Source: Epiperipatus broadwayi (Eukaryota > Animalia > Onychophora). From it: a stretch of 64,000 nucleotides of DNA. Shown here in pieces: positions 50,678 to 64,000 of the stretch. A program made the position numbers and the translations under genes. A model generated the notes under the pieces. It was not told the DNA's origin. It did no database searches and saw nothing but the letters and a program-made list of their open reading frames with translations. Every line of letters begins with the position of its first letter. The first letter of the stretch is position 1. The DNA lies in NCBI GenBank assembly GCA_028023455.1, contig JAQFVV010000001.1:12462001-12526000 (forward strand), given 5' to 3'.

Positions 50678-53504
50678 TTGGGGCAGTCATTTAGTTTAAA
50701 CCTAGCTTAAAGAGATAGTTAGCAGTTTGGAAGTTAAAATTAGTTTTGAAATAATTAAAAATGCCATCATTAGGGTTTTTCTGGTAAAAAAGTTATTGAA
50801 ATAATTAATGTTTATGACTCTCTCATAACAGATAAAGTACCTTATGAGGGATTAATAAAAAAAATTAAATGAATATTTTAGCCCTCATCCATTCTGCCAC
50901 ATAGCTCATTTACATTTAAAAAATGGAAAACAGTTTATGGGTAAAACAATAAAAGAATATAATTCAGCTTTGAAGGAGACAAAAGGCTGCAAGTATGGAG
51001 AGTTTGTTGAAGAAATATTTATGGATCAATTACTCCTCTGGGGTATGTCTGATGACAGACTCAGACAACAGTTGTTAACAGAGACTGATCTAATGTATGA
51101 AATTGCTATAAAAAAAGAAATAGTTTACTAGCTAATTTTAAAACAGGCTCATGCTTTTAAATTTAAACCTGAAAATAATATTAATAAGCAAGTTTTTAAG
51201 ATGGATAAAAATTGTTATGAAAGTCTGAATACAAAAAGGAAAATAAAGTTACATACTTCTGCTGTGGAAGTGAAGCAGGAAACATGTTTTAAATGTGGAA
51301 GTAGAAGGCATTTAGCATGCATATATGCAGAAAATTTGGGAATGGGTAGAGCCAAGTGAAAACTCAGGTGCAGAAAAATATTGAAGGTAAATTCTTTAAT
51401 ACATTGGGGAAAAAACATGGAATGTGAGGGATCACAACAATTCATGATGAAATTGCAAATTTGTGGAAAAGAAATTACATTGGAGATAAATAGTGGCTCA
51501 GAGATATCTGTAATGTCTAAGGTAGATTGTAGTCCACTATCAATTACTGACACTAGCACTAAAATAGAAAAAAACATGTTAAGGCTCAAGTTGTGAGCAG
51601 AACTGCAGTGAAATTACTGGGATGAGTAAAAGCACCAATTAGATAATGTGAGAAAATAATTAAATTACTGCTGTATATATTAAAAGGGAAAGTTAGCCCT
51701 ATAATAGGAAAATAATTGTTCCTTGTGATAGGAATCCAAGTTAGTATAGTTAAAAAAAGTTTCCTCAAACAAGAAATTAAAAATGAATATCTCAAATTAT
51801 TCAGTGAGCAATTGGGTATAAGATCTAGTTGAAAATCCATATCTGGTTATGTGTAAACCATGAAAAATCCCATTCACATAGAAAACAAAAATTGAGGAGA
51901 AAATTCAGGAATTGGTCAATAAAGGCATATTGACACCAGTAGAAACATCAGATTAGGCCACACCTATAATTGTTAAAACAAAACCCAATGGTCAAATACG
52001 AATATGTGGGGATTATAGGATAACAGTAAATAAGTATTTAAATATGGGGGCATATCTAGTACTTAATATGAGAGGTATTGGCTAATATACAAAATTAATC
52101 ACATTTTACAAAACAGAACCTAAATGCCATTTTTTACTAAATACCAGTGAAGGACAAGTCAGTGGAAATATTAACGCTAACAATCCCTGTGGTTTATTTA
52201 AATGCAATCAACTACCATTTGTATTTCAACAGTACTGAGTACATTTCAAGCAAAAATTAATGCTTTATTACAGGAATTAGATGGTATAATACTTTACTTT
52301 GATGATATAACAGTATGCTTAGAAGAAATGGCAAAGACTGTTAAGGTATGTGAGAAATTGCAGAGATTCAGAATCAAGTTAAATGCTCAAAAAAGCATGT
52401 GGAATACAATTAATATTCCTAGGGCAAATAATCTTGGTCAAGGACCATTGCCCAAGAAGTTAAAGCTGTGGAAAATGTGGCTAAACCAAAAAACATTAAA
52501 GAACTCCAAGCATTTCTGGGTTTGATAAATTATTTCAAAATTTTTCCACGTAATAAGACCAAAGTAGCAAATCCTCTGTATGAATTTATAAAGAAAAATC
52601 CAAGAGTGGCAGTGGTTAAAAATACATGAAGCTTTTATATGAACTAAAACCCTGCTATGCTCAAATAAATTACAGTTCATTTTAATAATAATCTTGAAGT
52701 GTGCTTAACAACAAATGATTTAGAATGGGGTGTGGGGGCAGTTTTATGTCATCCATATTACAGTTTTAGTGCTTAGTGGCATCTGGTGGCCAAAGATAAC
52801 TATAAACATTGAGAATCACATTAGGAAATGCATAGCATGTCAGTCCAAAATGAGCATGAAACCTAAAAAATATATACCATGAACTAAAGCAACTAAACAA
52901 TGACAGAGACTTCACATGAATCATGCAGGTCTAATCAATGGGAAAATACTTTTCATACTCGTAGATACATACTCTAAATGGGTGGAGTATTGCTTCATGA
53001 AAAGTAGAAGTGCTAGTGAAACTATACAAAGTCTAAATGCTGTGTTTGTTTGCTGTGGATTTCCAGAAATAATTGTTTCCGATAATGGCACTGGATTCAC
53101 AGCTTAAGAAATAGAAGATTTCAAAAATAAAGGAATCAAACATATCTGTACATCTCTATACATCCTGAATTGAACAAATGGTCTGGCTGAGAAAGCCATT
53201 TAAGGGCTATGAAAAAGACTAATAATAATAATAACATGCAAGAAGCTTTATATGGCACTAGACTATATCAATATTCCACACCATTGTTGGTTACAGGTAA
53301 ATCTCTGGCTGATTTGCTGATGGGTAGAAAATTGCAAATAAAACTTGCAATGTTACTCCCAAAAATGAGCTAACACTTTCAGTATGATAGTCAAGACAAC
53401 ATTTGGGTATGCAATTTGATCAAAAAAGAAATGGATTGAAGGTATAATCAGCAGAAAACTATACCAAACAAATAATAACCATTTAAATACAGAATGGAAG
53501 AGAA

Positions 53505-53570
53505 TATTGGAGACATATAGACCATGTTTGCCAATGAGGTGACATATAGACCATGTTTGCCAATGAGGCA
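53505..53570. repeat. 29-bp tandem duplication inside the Gypsy element
   Basis: GACATATAGACCATGTTTGCCAATGAGG x2. Confidence 0.9.
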
Positions 53571-53849
53571 TAGAAATATTCAATTTTCAGTGGCATTATT
53601 AACTGATAGAAAAGAAATGACTTAAAACCTGTGGAAAACAAGAAATAGTTGATGCAATGTCTGATGAAGATATTCAAGAGAAGCAACAGACTCAGAATGT
53701 AGTGAGGCTGAAGCAGTTGATTGAAATGCAGAATGAGGAACCAAGAGAAGAACACAGGTCACTCAGGCCCCAACATAAAGACAGAGGTCTAAAAAATTTT
53801 GAGATTATATGTAAAACATAGTAACTGTTTTTCTGGAGTAAGGAGAGGA

Positions 53850-54600
53850 TTATTGAAGTATATGTACTTCAATAAATTATGTACTGTATTTCAATAAGTT
53901 ATGAAATTAATTTACAGAGAATAAATAGCTGAAATCAGATTAATTGAAGTGATATAAAATAAAATATTTAATTAAAACATATTAGGTATACAATAATTAT
54001 TATCTGAAGGAAAAAATAAATAATCGGATAATGGAAAAAATGTAATTAGTACAAGTTAAAATACTAATTAAATTTACAGAGGCAAGATTAAACTCACCAC
54101 CTGGATTTTCCCCAATGAGCTTAATTTACTCCAGAAAACAAAAGGATTGAAAGTATATAAACTGTGAGAAAAAACAACAATTGCTCTTCATCATCTTTGA
54201 GGCAACTATGTCACCAGAGTGAAGCAGTGGAAGAAACCAGTGGGGGACATCTTATTTCCAGGATCTGAGATTCTGGAGGTCAATAAGCCAACTAGCATCA
54301 AAACAGATTAGCCTATGCTTAAAGGACAGTAATGAAAGGAAATGTACTGTCTTAATATTAGTGAATAAACTTATATTCCCAATTAACTGTGATTAAGTTT
54401 TATAAATTAGAATAGCGTTTTGATTCATGTATCTAGACTATATATATATATATATTATATTTGTGTATATTAACATGTATATTAAATTGTATAAATTGAA
54501 GTCTGAGTCGCTGTGTTCTTTGTGTCCTCAAGAAAATAATATTCCATACTAAATTTGTTATTTTTATTCCAGAGATTAGTGAGCTAAGACATGGCAATAA
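53850..54600 (+). repeat. 3' LTR of the Gypsy element
   Basis: Follows the PPT and is colinear with the 5' LTR, with many substitutions and indels. Confidence 0.85.
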
Positions 54601-55762
54601 TAAGAAAGCAAAGATTATTGGAGAAGGATCCACAAAATGTAGATAAGAAAATCTTTAAATATATGTCAGTCCACTCTACTGCAAGAATAATCAACACTTG
54701 AATGAAACTACAGTCCTACTAAAAAATTACTCATTAAATTCCATAGCTGATTTTCTATAAATTATACCAGGATCTATGTACATTTAAACTATGGGGGAAA
54801 TGTCCACATAAAATCAATTAAACAATTTTCATGTTTAACATCTTCTAAGGAAGTAAGAGAAATCTATCTGAAGCAAGAATTTACAATTTAATGATAAGAA
54901 TGATAACAAAGTTAAGGAATGCTATTTGAAAGGCTTATATTTATATTTAAAATACTTTATTATAAAAGCTACCATTTAAGTGAATTATTTATTCATTAAT
55001 TTTTTATTGTACAATCAACATTAAGTGACTTCTCCTTAATATATATTAAGTTAGAAATTAATTTAAAAATAAGTATTTATGTCTATTAAGAATTTATTAT
55101 TAATAATAACTTGTAATAATTCGAAAATACTTTTATGAATACTACTACAGTTTTATGGGTCATAAATCAAACTACATCTAGGATAAGAAATTAATTATGC
55201 TTTCTTATGATTCTAAGACCTTGTAATCATAGTAATATTACTATTTTCAAGAAGGACAATTATTTAATTTGTTTTTTCAGTTTACTTATAGTCAATTTTA
55301 AGTATTAAATTCCATCATGAATTTACTATATAATATTTTGTGAACAAAAATCCTTTATTATTATTTTTTATTATTGTTACTATTAAATTCATACTAATTC
55401 ATATTTTATTATATAAAATTTAAATATTTATCGACTGTGGTCTTCTGCTTTCCATGTTCAGAATTTTGGGTATAGAAATTACAGTTATATGTAGTCATAC
55501 CTGTTTACAGGTATTTTGGCTCAGTATTCATTTGTGATGCTTTAGATAGAAAGAAATTAAGCCATTAACTATAAAAGAAATCATATTTTTAAATCAGCAG
55601 TCTCCCAGATTGAAGAATAATTTATATTTCTCATCATTATCTAACATAAAATACTTTTACACAAATTGGCATATCTTAGAGGATAATAGAATATTAGCTC
55701 TTCACAGATTTTCACATTATGTTGTTACCTAAATTAGTATCATCAATAGAGATAAGCAATTA

Positions 55763-58370
55763 TCATCATCATCATCATCATTATCAACCATTATCAATCC
55801 ACTGCAGGATGAAGGTCTCTCCAAGTTTAATCCATCTTCTCCGATCTTTAGCTTCTCTTCTCCACATCACCCCTGCACACTTTCTTATTTCATCCATCCA
55901 TCTCACATGTGGTCTCTTTCTGGGTCTTTTACAATCTCTTGGAATCCAGTTTAAAATTTCAATTGTCCATCTATTATCATCTCTTCTAGAAATATGTCCA
56001 ACCCAACTCCACTTCAATCTTTTAATTTTTTCAATGATGTCAGTAACACCTATTTGTTCTCTTACCCATACATTGCGTTTTCGATCTCTTCTTGTTACTC
56101 CCAACATACACCTCTCCATACTTCTTTGAGTGGTCTGAAGTCTCTGTACTGCTCTTCTATTGAGTGTCCAAGTCTCAGATCCATAAGTAAGAACTGGTAA
56201 AACACATTTGTTAAAAAACCTTTCTTTTCAAACACATAGGCATATTTCCTTTTAGTATCAAGTTATTTCTACCAAAAGCACTCCAACCAATTTTAATTCT
56301 ATGATTAATTTCCTCCATTATGTTTCCATCTGTATTAATAATCTGACCAAGGTATTTGTAACTGTTAACTTCTTCTAATTCATCATAATCAATCTTTATT
56401 TTCATATTTTGAGCAAACCGATTAAACATTACTTTAGTCTTTTTAACATTTATCTTTAGTCCTACTTTCCTACTTTCATCTGATAACTCCTGCAACATTT
56501 CCTGCAGCTCTGAAGCATTATTTGCAAAAACAACTACATCATCTGCGAAATCTAAATGACTTAAATAATCTCCATTTACTTTCACTCCTTTAGTTTCCCA
56601 TTTTAATCCACAAAATACTTCTTGCAGCACTGCTGTAAAAAGTTTTGGAGATATGGAGTCACCTTGTCTTACACCTTTCTCAATGTTGACTTTCCCAGTA
56701 TCATTATGTAATCTAATTGTTGCTGTTGCATTTTTATAAATATTCTTTAAAATATGACAATATCCTGGATCTATACCTTGATGATCCAATGCTTTAATCA
56801 CTGAAGAAATGTTTATAGAATCAAATGCCTTTTCATAATCTACAAATCCAAAACATAATGACAACTCATATTCATTTGTCCTTTCTATAACTTCTCTCAA
56901 TACCTGAATATGATCTACTGTACTAAAACCACTTTTAAATTCAGCTTGTTCTCTTGGTTGGTGGAAATCCAATGTTCTCTGTAGACGAGTTGTAATTATT
57001 TTGGTAAAAATTTTATATAAAACTGATAAAAGGCTGATAGGTCTGTAATTTCTAATATCTTCTTTATCACCTTTTTTAAATATTAATATTATTACTGCAT
57101 TCTTCCAATCATCCGGTACACCTTTATCATTTAGACATTTGGTATATAACTTTGCTAAAATTTTTTCTGTTTCTTCACCTGCTTCTTTTAATATATCAAT
57201 TATAATTCCATCATTACCTGTAGCCTTTCCTTTCTTCATACATTTAATTGCATTTCTCACTTCTTCATTTAAAATTCTGGGCAATTTGGAAGATGTAATA
57301 GATATAGGAGGTACTTGATCTTTATTACTATATAATTCTTGATAAAAATTTTCTACCAATTTCATGCATCTCTCTTTTTAGTAATAATTCCATCTTTTTT
57401 CCTTATTGCAGATATAAATTTTCTACCAATACCAAAATGTTGTTTTACATTCTTAAGACTTTTATTTTCTTCTACAGCTTTTCTTGCTAGTTCACAGTTA
57501 TATTTTCTTATATCGTTTTCAACTCTTTTCCGCACCATTTTACAAAATTCGAGATATTCAATTCTTTTTAGTGCATCATTTTTGTATATCTTCATATTTC
57601 TTATTTTCTTCATAAATTCTCTAGTTTCAATAGAAATTTTGTTGGTCAATTGCTGCTTTTGTCTACCAGCTATCTTTGTTGCAGTTTTTAAAAGTGTATC
57701 AGTTATTTTCATATTAATTTCAATCAAATCTGAATCATGTTCAAAATCTACTAATACTTGAAATCGATTTGTAAGTTCTAATTTAAATTCATTAGAATGT
57801 TTCTGAAGATTAGGAATATCAATTGTAAATATTGTTTTTCTTAATAATTTTTGTCTTTTTAGTTTTACATTAACATGTAACTTACACCTTACTAATCGAT
57901 GATCACTTCCTGTGTTAAATTTATTAAGAACATTACAATTTTGAAATATGTATTTTCTGTTAGTCAAAATATAATCCAATTCTGCTGTACCTTCATTTGG
58001 ATGTTTCCATGTCCATTTTCTTTTAACATTTTTCTCAAAAAAAGAATTCATAATATAAAGTTTTTCTTTTTCTGCAAACTCCACAAGTCTATGTCCTTTC
58101 TCATTTCTATTACCATAACCAAAATTACCTACAGCACTTTCATCTTTCATTTGTTTACCAATTCTAGCATTAAAGTCTCCCATAACAATTTTAAAATGTT
58201 GTTTACTCTGATCAAAAGCCTTTTGTACATCCATATAAAAATCTTCTACTACTTCATCACTATGAGAACTTGTTGGGGCATAAACCTGAATTATCTGCAT
58301 TTGGTATCTGCTATTAAGTTGTATAACTAATCTTGCCACTCTGTCTGATACACCATCAATCTACAAGGTC
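55763..58370 (-). mobile_element. Younger 5'-truncated RTE-clade LINE; APE-RT ORF broken by two frameshifts; (TGA)n tail
   Basis: ORF 58339-57362 encodes the APE endonuclease (QVYAPTS, MGDFNARIG, LDYIL, SDHRLV). ORF 57365-56211 encodes RT (NYRPISLL, VRQGDSISP, FADDVV). The C-terminus (WSWVGHISRR, RPHVRWMDEI) follows. Frameshifts are a 4-nt loss near 57365 and an extra T in a homopolymer near 56215. (TCA)6 at 55763-55780 is the tail on the minus strand. Confidence 0.97.
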
Positions 58371-59954
58371 ATAAACTGGCAATCAAACAAGAACTAATCA
58401 CACTTTCATACTATTATAATAAATATAGAATATGAATTTTTAGTATTAAAAGAGAAAGAAAAAATTTCATTCTAAAAATAGTTTTTGATAAAAAATGGCA
58501 AAAAAAGAAGAAGTTATCTTTAAAAAAAAATGCATGAAATTAGAAATCATAAAAAATATTATATTTATTTGGTGTGTTGTTTTTGTTTTTTTATCAATAA
58601 ATATGAATCTTTTACATTTAATCAATCATAGAGAGTGTTTAATGACTGATATAATAAGATTATAAAAGGATGGAGGCTTACTCCTTTAAAAACTTTTTCA
58701 TAATCTTGTGAACTATGTTCATAATTTTTGAATATCTAGAAATTGACTGTTTTCAAAACTTATAATTTGTTATTTACATATACAAAAGTCTCACATATAT
58801 ATATTTGTTCATATAAATATGCATGAAAATGCCCATATATTTAAATGTATTAATAGGTATAGGTTATATGCATACACGTAAGTTACCCTCTGCAATTGTA
58901 TATTAACAATACAATTCTTGCATTTCTGTTTTTTATTTTATCATTTATTGTGTAGTAAAAAAAACATGCACATACAGACATTATAGAAATATGTGTTCAT
59001 AAGAGAAATGATTATATATTATAAAATTAATAAAAAAGACAAAATATCTACAAAAAAGATATAGTTGCAATACCATTAATTTGGCAATTGATCATATTAG
59101 AAAGGAGACCCTTTAAATTTTTATAGCTGCTATATATTTTATTATTTTAGAATGACTTAATCTTTATTTAACTAAATTTTTAATTTTAGTTTTGAATTGA
59201 TATACATTCTTTTTTCAAATCAAAAAAAAAAACCCAAAATATCAGTTTTATAAGTAATCAATCTTTTTTATTTTGCCTTTTTTGATTTATTCAATTACTT
59301 TACATTAATTTATGATTTTCATTTTTTTCCTTTACAAAAGTAATTTTTTTATTGTTTATGTAATGTTATAAAAAAGCTAATAAAATTTTTACTATTATTT
59401 TTTTTAAAAAAATAATTTATTTGTTACATTTTACAAAACACTATCTAAATAAAAAAAAACAATGATGGGGGGGGGTCACTAATAATCTGATATGCATATT
59501 TCCTTGAAAGAGAGAGAGAAAAAAACCTCATCATCAAGAAATTGCTCTTTTTGCTTAAAAGATGTATCAATATAAAAATGAGTTTATAACGAATAGATTG
59601 CAAACACATTCATAATCGACATTAAAAGGTAATAGATCGTAAATCTTCTGAGAAATCAAATAATTTTTTTTTTTTGCTTCATTAATAACATCTTCGGTAA
59701 ATCCTGGGCTATAAAATACATTTTAGGCTAATAAATTAAATGTTATAAGAAATGTACTTTTTTTTTTTTTTGGCTTCAAAAAATGTGGTTTGGATTTACA
59801 CAAGCAATTTTTTCCTGCACTCACTGACAATTATTATATTTAGAATTTGATTAAAGTTTTTAGTAGCATATATGAATTTTAAAAATATAAAATAATAAGA
59901 GATTACTACATGTTTTCCATTGAATAGAATCATTATCAGTCTTAATACAAGATT

Positions 59955-60125
59955 CGACTTTATAAAGACAAGAGCGGCCATACTCTTATCTTCAACCTAT
60001 TTTTCTAATTATATAGGCAAATCTAAAGCATTTTGATTTAAAAGCATGAAGCTAATAAATTCTTCATTGATTAAGTCCACTATTTCTGTTACACATTAAC
60101 GTTTGTGAAATCTTTTGATTTAAAT
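59955..60125. repeat. Fragment of the foldback MITE family seen at 25460-26115
   Basis: GACTTTATAAAGACAAGAG…CTTATCTTCAAC…TGATTTAAAAGCATGAAG…GTGAAATCTT aligns with the left arm at about 25575-25740. Confidence 0.7.
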
Positions 60126-61190
60126 GAAGACTAAATTATTAATATTTACAATTTTTTTAATGAACACTACTAATGTGAGCTAGAATAGGAATAATTATAG
60201 TCAAGTAAAAAATGTGATATTTTATAAAGGTTGAGATGAATAACAATAAGAGTAATTTTGGTAATAACGTTATTGAGATTTATTACATGTAAATATGTTC
60301 TTTTCCATTTTTTTTTTATTAATTTAGACTGGGAAAGTTTATTCATTATCAGTTATGTTAGAGAATAATTTTTCTGAATGAGAGAAAAAAATTCATTAGT
60401 ACAAAAAGTAGATTTAAGTGAGATATTTATTTCTAGTTACGATTACAGAATTAATCAATTTTAAATGTGAAGTCTTATTGTTTGTTTGCTTTTAATAAAT
60501 AAATAATTGTATAATTCATTTTTTCAGAGATCATGTGAAGTTTAAGCATTGAAGTTGCAGTTTGAGCACAACTCTTCTATTCTATTCATTTGACCAAAGT
60601 GGTTTTTTAAAATTATTTTATTTAGCTGAATATTATTTTTAAAAATCTTTAAATTTTGAATCTGTCATCCTAAGACCACTCTTATTAAATTATCGTGACA
60701 ATATTTTTGCAGTGATCTCATTTATATTATATTATTTGGAAAAAGTTTGTAATTTGATCAATGGGTGACAATTAATTATATTGCTAGTTTTTTCAATACT
60801 AATTGCTTAATAAATATTATATGTCAATAATTTCATATATTCTGAAAGTGGCATTAAACAAAGTATTTTTCAGCTTAGAAAGTCAGAAAATGATTTCATA
60901 CATTTTTTATGGAAAGTCTATTTATAGATGAAGAAAAAAAATATCTTATTAACAAATTCCCAAAAATAGATAAACAAATATATATTCAAATATTATCAAG
61001 ACACAGAGACAAACCAATGAACAATGTAGAATTTAAATGCCTCAACTTGTAACAAGCATGTGTCATGTTTTTATTTAAAACATTTTTTAAACAACTTAAA
61101 AAATATAATAATTTCTAATACTAATTGGACTAATATAATTATTATTAGACAAATAGAAAAGTTATAATCTAATAGACATTGGCCATAAGT

Positions 61191-61784
61191 TAGAGTGACC
61201 AGACATCTCGATTTTTCAGAATTTGTCCCCATTTTTGATTAGATGTTTCAGTGCCCCCAAAATGTCTTTTTGGGACCATTGTATGTTCCAATTTTCAAAT
61301 ACTCATAATTATTAGTTGTCTTACATAAATAGTTCATTGCAAAAATGATAGTTTCTTGGTCCTCTCCATCCATTTCAGTCTCTACAGTAATATTATAAAA
61401 ATTTCAGACAATTCCAACACCAAAACAAAGATCGCTATTACATTATATGGTCAGGTTCTCAAACTAGAGGCATTCTTGCATCCAACCTCACCTTGGAACA
61501 TGCACAGTTGGATTTTTTTAGGCTAAAATTTGAACTGCACTTGCATTTGCTTTGATTGACAATGTAGTTTTACTAGTTCTTTGTTGATATTAATTGTCTA
61601 TAATGATAAAATAAATAAGAATATTAATAACCCTAAACAATAGACAACATGCCTAAGAGGAAGTGTATTTACAATGATGAATATACACAGGAGTGGAGTT
61701 TTATAATATAAAAAAGGACACAATGCCGTAAAAATGATTGGTCATTGTATTCCAATTTTTAATCAAATCAGTCTGGTCACCCTA
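61191..61784. mobile_element. Non-autonomous hAT element, 594 bp
   Basis: 14-bp TIRs TAG(A/G)GTGACCAGAC. 8-bp TSD CCATAAGT (61183-61190) and ACATAAGT (61785-61792), one mismatch. Confidence 0.82.
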
Positions 61785-62579
61785 ACATAAGTTAAATTGA
61801 GAACATGACATGATTGTATCAAAATGCATCTTCAATATCTGAAAACATGCATTTAGGAAAATAATGTGTTCAATTTGTTTTTGAGAAATGCATTAAACCT
61901 TATGAATAGAAGGATCATTGAAATGTGGATTTAAAAAGTGATTATATATCAAAAAATAAATAAATAATACATATTCAGTAATCCTTATGCAATCACAATA
62001 TATCCACATCATAGATAACAAAATTTATGAATAATAGCAAACCATTATATGTTTTTAATACATACACATATAAGTAATTGTACAATCAGTATATACACTA
62101 TAATCTAAAAATTAAAATATATAAAATTATAATTATTGCCATTTTTAGTAGTTTCAATTTTTTTTATTTGTAACTTAATGTTTTTGGATAAAATTCAAGA
62201 AAATAGGAGGTTTATTATAATTAATCTTTAATGTGAAATTAAAATACAATATATGAGATCTATAAAGATCCTAATTTTTAATATTAAAAATATATATTAA
62301 TAATTAAGTTACTTAAAGACAGCAATTTTCAAAATATGCTTTCTGATAAAATGCTTATAAATTGTATCAACACCTTCTCTTATTGGATTTTATTTATTAT
62401 TTTTTAAAACTTTAGCAGTGTTTTTGCGGTGTATTCTGATGATGACATAGTCACCTTCATTATATTTTATGGTTTTATAACATTTATTTTTTGATTTTGT
62501 ATTCATTTGACAGCAAATATTAGAACTAAAATAAACATTGATTTATTAATTTTTAAAAAAGTCTGAAGATGGCAGTACC

Positions 62580-63430
62580 ATACAGAAAATGCTTGGAAAC
62601 AGAAAGGGCACATATAATAAAGTTATGGAAGAATAAATATGACAAAAATGATTGTACAAAAAGTGGATTATTGGTTTTTATGTTGGGTCTGGGAAAAGAT
62701 AAGGGGGATTTAGATATAAAGGCCATAGAGTTGACAAAGATTATGTTGTGGAAATGGGATGGAGCAGAATAGTGGAAAACTTAGACTGGGGAATGTAAAA
62801 TAAAGTAGCTAACAGGTTTCTCTGGGCATAATTGCTGAGAGTCTTCATCACATCACATCATCACATTACAAATATATCATCATCACCATCAACCATTATC
62901 AACCCACTGCAGGATGAAGGTCTATATATATATAGAAGTAAATGGAAATTGGGTGTGAGTTAATTTATGATAATAGCAAGGAAAGTAGTTTATTGTTTAA
63001 GGCTCAAACAGGATCTTTAGCAACAAGAGAATATACATGTAAAAGGAAAAATATGTGTGATTTAGTCTGCAAATTGTGTAAGGAAGGCATAGAAAATATT
63101 AGGCATCTGTGAATTGAACATAAATGCTTGAAAGCAGAAAGAGTACAAATAATGAAATTATGAAAGAATAAATATGAACAAAATGATTATAAAGAAAGTA
63201 GGTTATTGGTTTTTATGCTGGGTTTGGGAAAAGATAAGGGGGATTTAGATATAAAGGCCATAGAGTTGATAAAGATTATGTTGTGAAAATGGGATGGAAC
63301 ATATTATGGGAAAACTTAGGGTGGGAAATGGAAAGGGAAGGTAAAGTGGTTAACAGGTTTCTCTGGGCAAAGTTGCTGAGAGATTCCTGATACTGTTTAA
63401 GGAGAAGTCACAGTGCATCACATCACATAC
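62580..63430 (+). mobile_element. Two tandem 3' fragments of a non-LTR retrotransposon with (CACAT)n tails
   Basis: Unit B (62935-63430) reads IYDNSKESSLLFKAQTGSLATREY…CKLCKEGIENIRHL…LLVFMLGLGKDKGDLDIKAIEL with stops. Unit A (62580-62875) repeats its 3' part. Both end in CATCACATCACAT. Clade not assigned. Confidence 0.8.
62877..62923 (-). mobile_element. Extreme 3' tip (about 47 bp) of the RTE family
   Basis: TCATCATCACCATCAACCATTATCAACCCACTGCAGGATGAAGGTCT is nearly identical to about 55775-55820. Confidence 0.85.
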
Positions 63431-64000
63431 ATAGCGGATTGTAGTGCTGATTGATATATCTTTTGTTCTCAGGTTTTGAGAGCACTTTTTAGAATACCTG
63501 TAAACATTTTTATTTTTGTGCTACTTTGAAAACAAAAATTTACGTTGTCCATAACTTATTTACATATTTTTGATTATTTTTGAAAAATATTTTACAAATA
63601 TTTATTTTAAATCAAAGATATATATGATTAAATTTAAATTTAATTTTAAAATGTTTGATTTGACATAAGGCATGACAAGAGAATTTTAATAACATTAAAC
63701 AGTGAGTTATGATTGGCTGAAGAAAGATACCTTTATTATGAGTGTAGCAGTTATATTTTTGTGACATTTTAATAATTATAAATGGAATATTAAATTAAAA
63801 AAAAGAATTTTATTGCTTTATGAGTCTCAATAATAAAATACTAGAATCTTAGAAATGGAATTCAAATAAAAAAATTTTTGTTAAAATACATTGTATTACT
63901 TTTGTCTCCATATCTGCAATTATTTTTAAGAATGTTTGTAAACTTATATTTGTAATAAATAAATAAATTTTTTTTAATCAAAATAAAATGTTGCAAATAT

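Larger units (their letters stand above)
49850..54600 (+). mobile_element. Decayed Ty3/Gypsy LTR retrotransposon with both LTRs
   Basis: Diverged LTRs at about 49850-50677 and 53850-54600, PBS-like TGGGGCAGTC at about 50679, PPT AGGAGAGGA at 53841-53849. Gag (…DQLL.G.SDDRLRQQLLTE), CCHC-like TCFKCGSRRH, protease INSGSEISVM, RT IRICGDYRITVNK and YFDD, RNase H start GVGAVLCH, integrase WWPKI…CIACQ and IVSDNGTGF. Multiple stops. Confidence 0.95.

Noticed and set aside
49844-54604. Apparently non-canonical LTR termini TTATTG…CAATAA with a TAAG TSD
   Set aside because: Equally explained by TG…CA ends with an ATAGT/ATAAT TSD or by decayed TGTTG…CAACA ends; the element is too diverged to decide.
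55719-58330. Plus-strand ORFs 55719-56129, 55994-56200, 57339-57761 and 57899-58330, and minus-strand ORFs over the older RTE (37031-37387, 37585-37833, 39156-39470)
   Set aside because: Antisense frames of RTE coding sequence; the His run is just the (TCA)n tail.
1-64000. CRISPR arrays, rRNA, prokaryotic operons, and the remaining 60-120-aa ORFs in the track
   Set aside because: The sequence is eukaryotic and intron-rich; no spacer-repeat arrays or rRNA were seen. The short ORFs are I/F/K/N/Y-rich chance frames of AT-rich DNA or pieces of the annotated elements.

Overview
AT-rich, CpG-poor animal genomic DNA, probably from an invertebrate or arthropod (inference). Two host genes converge tail to tail. 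One is the last coding exon of a Jupiter/HN1-family microtubule-associated protein (+, 16509-16642; upstream exons not found). The other is the 3' half of an FHDC1/INF1-type formin (-): exons at 48674-48744, 40621-40741, 33724-33888 and 33494-33581, then a 3.8-kb exon at 27013-30819 encoding a disordered tail. The rest is intronic or intergenic DNA filled with transposon relics: two RTE LINEs, a decayed Ty3/Gypsy element with both LTRs, a Tx1/L1 3' fragment, a Penelope-like RT remnant, hAT and Tc1/pogo MITEs, foldback elements, and three copies of a tRNA-Gly-derived SINE with TSDs. The standout feature is 8411-10302, a young array of a 456-bp non-coding monomer carrying a type I hammerhead ribozyme motif. 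It has 2.8 direct copies fused head-to-head to an inverted 1.4-copy arm, and a 13-bp target-site duplication encloses the whole insert. It looks like a retrozyme or Penelope-dependent circular-RNA concatemer inserted in one twin-priming-like event. All family assignments come from manual translation and remembered motifs; no searches or folding programs were run.
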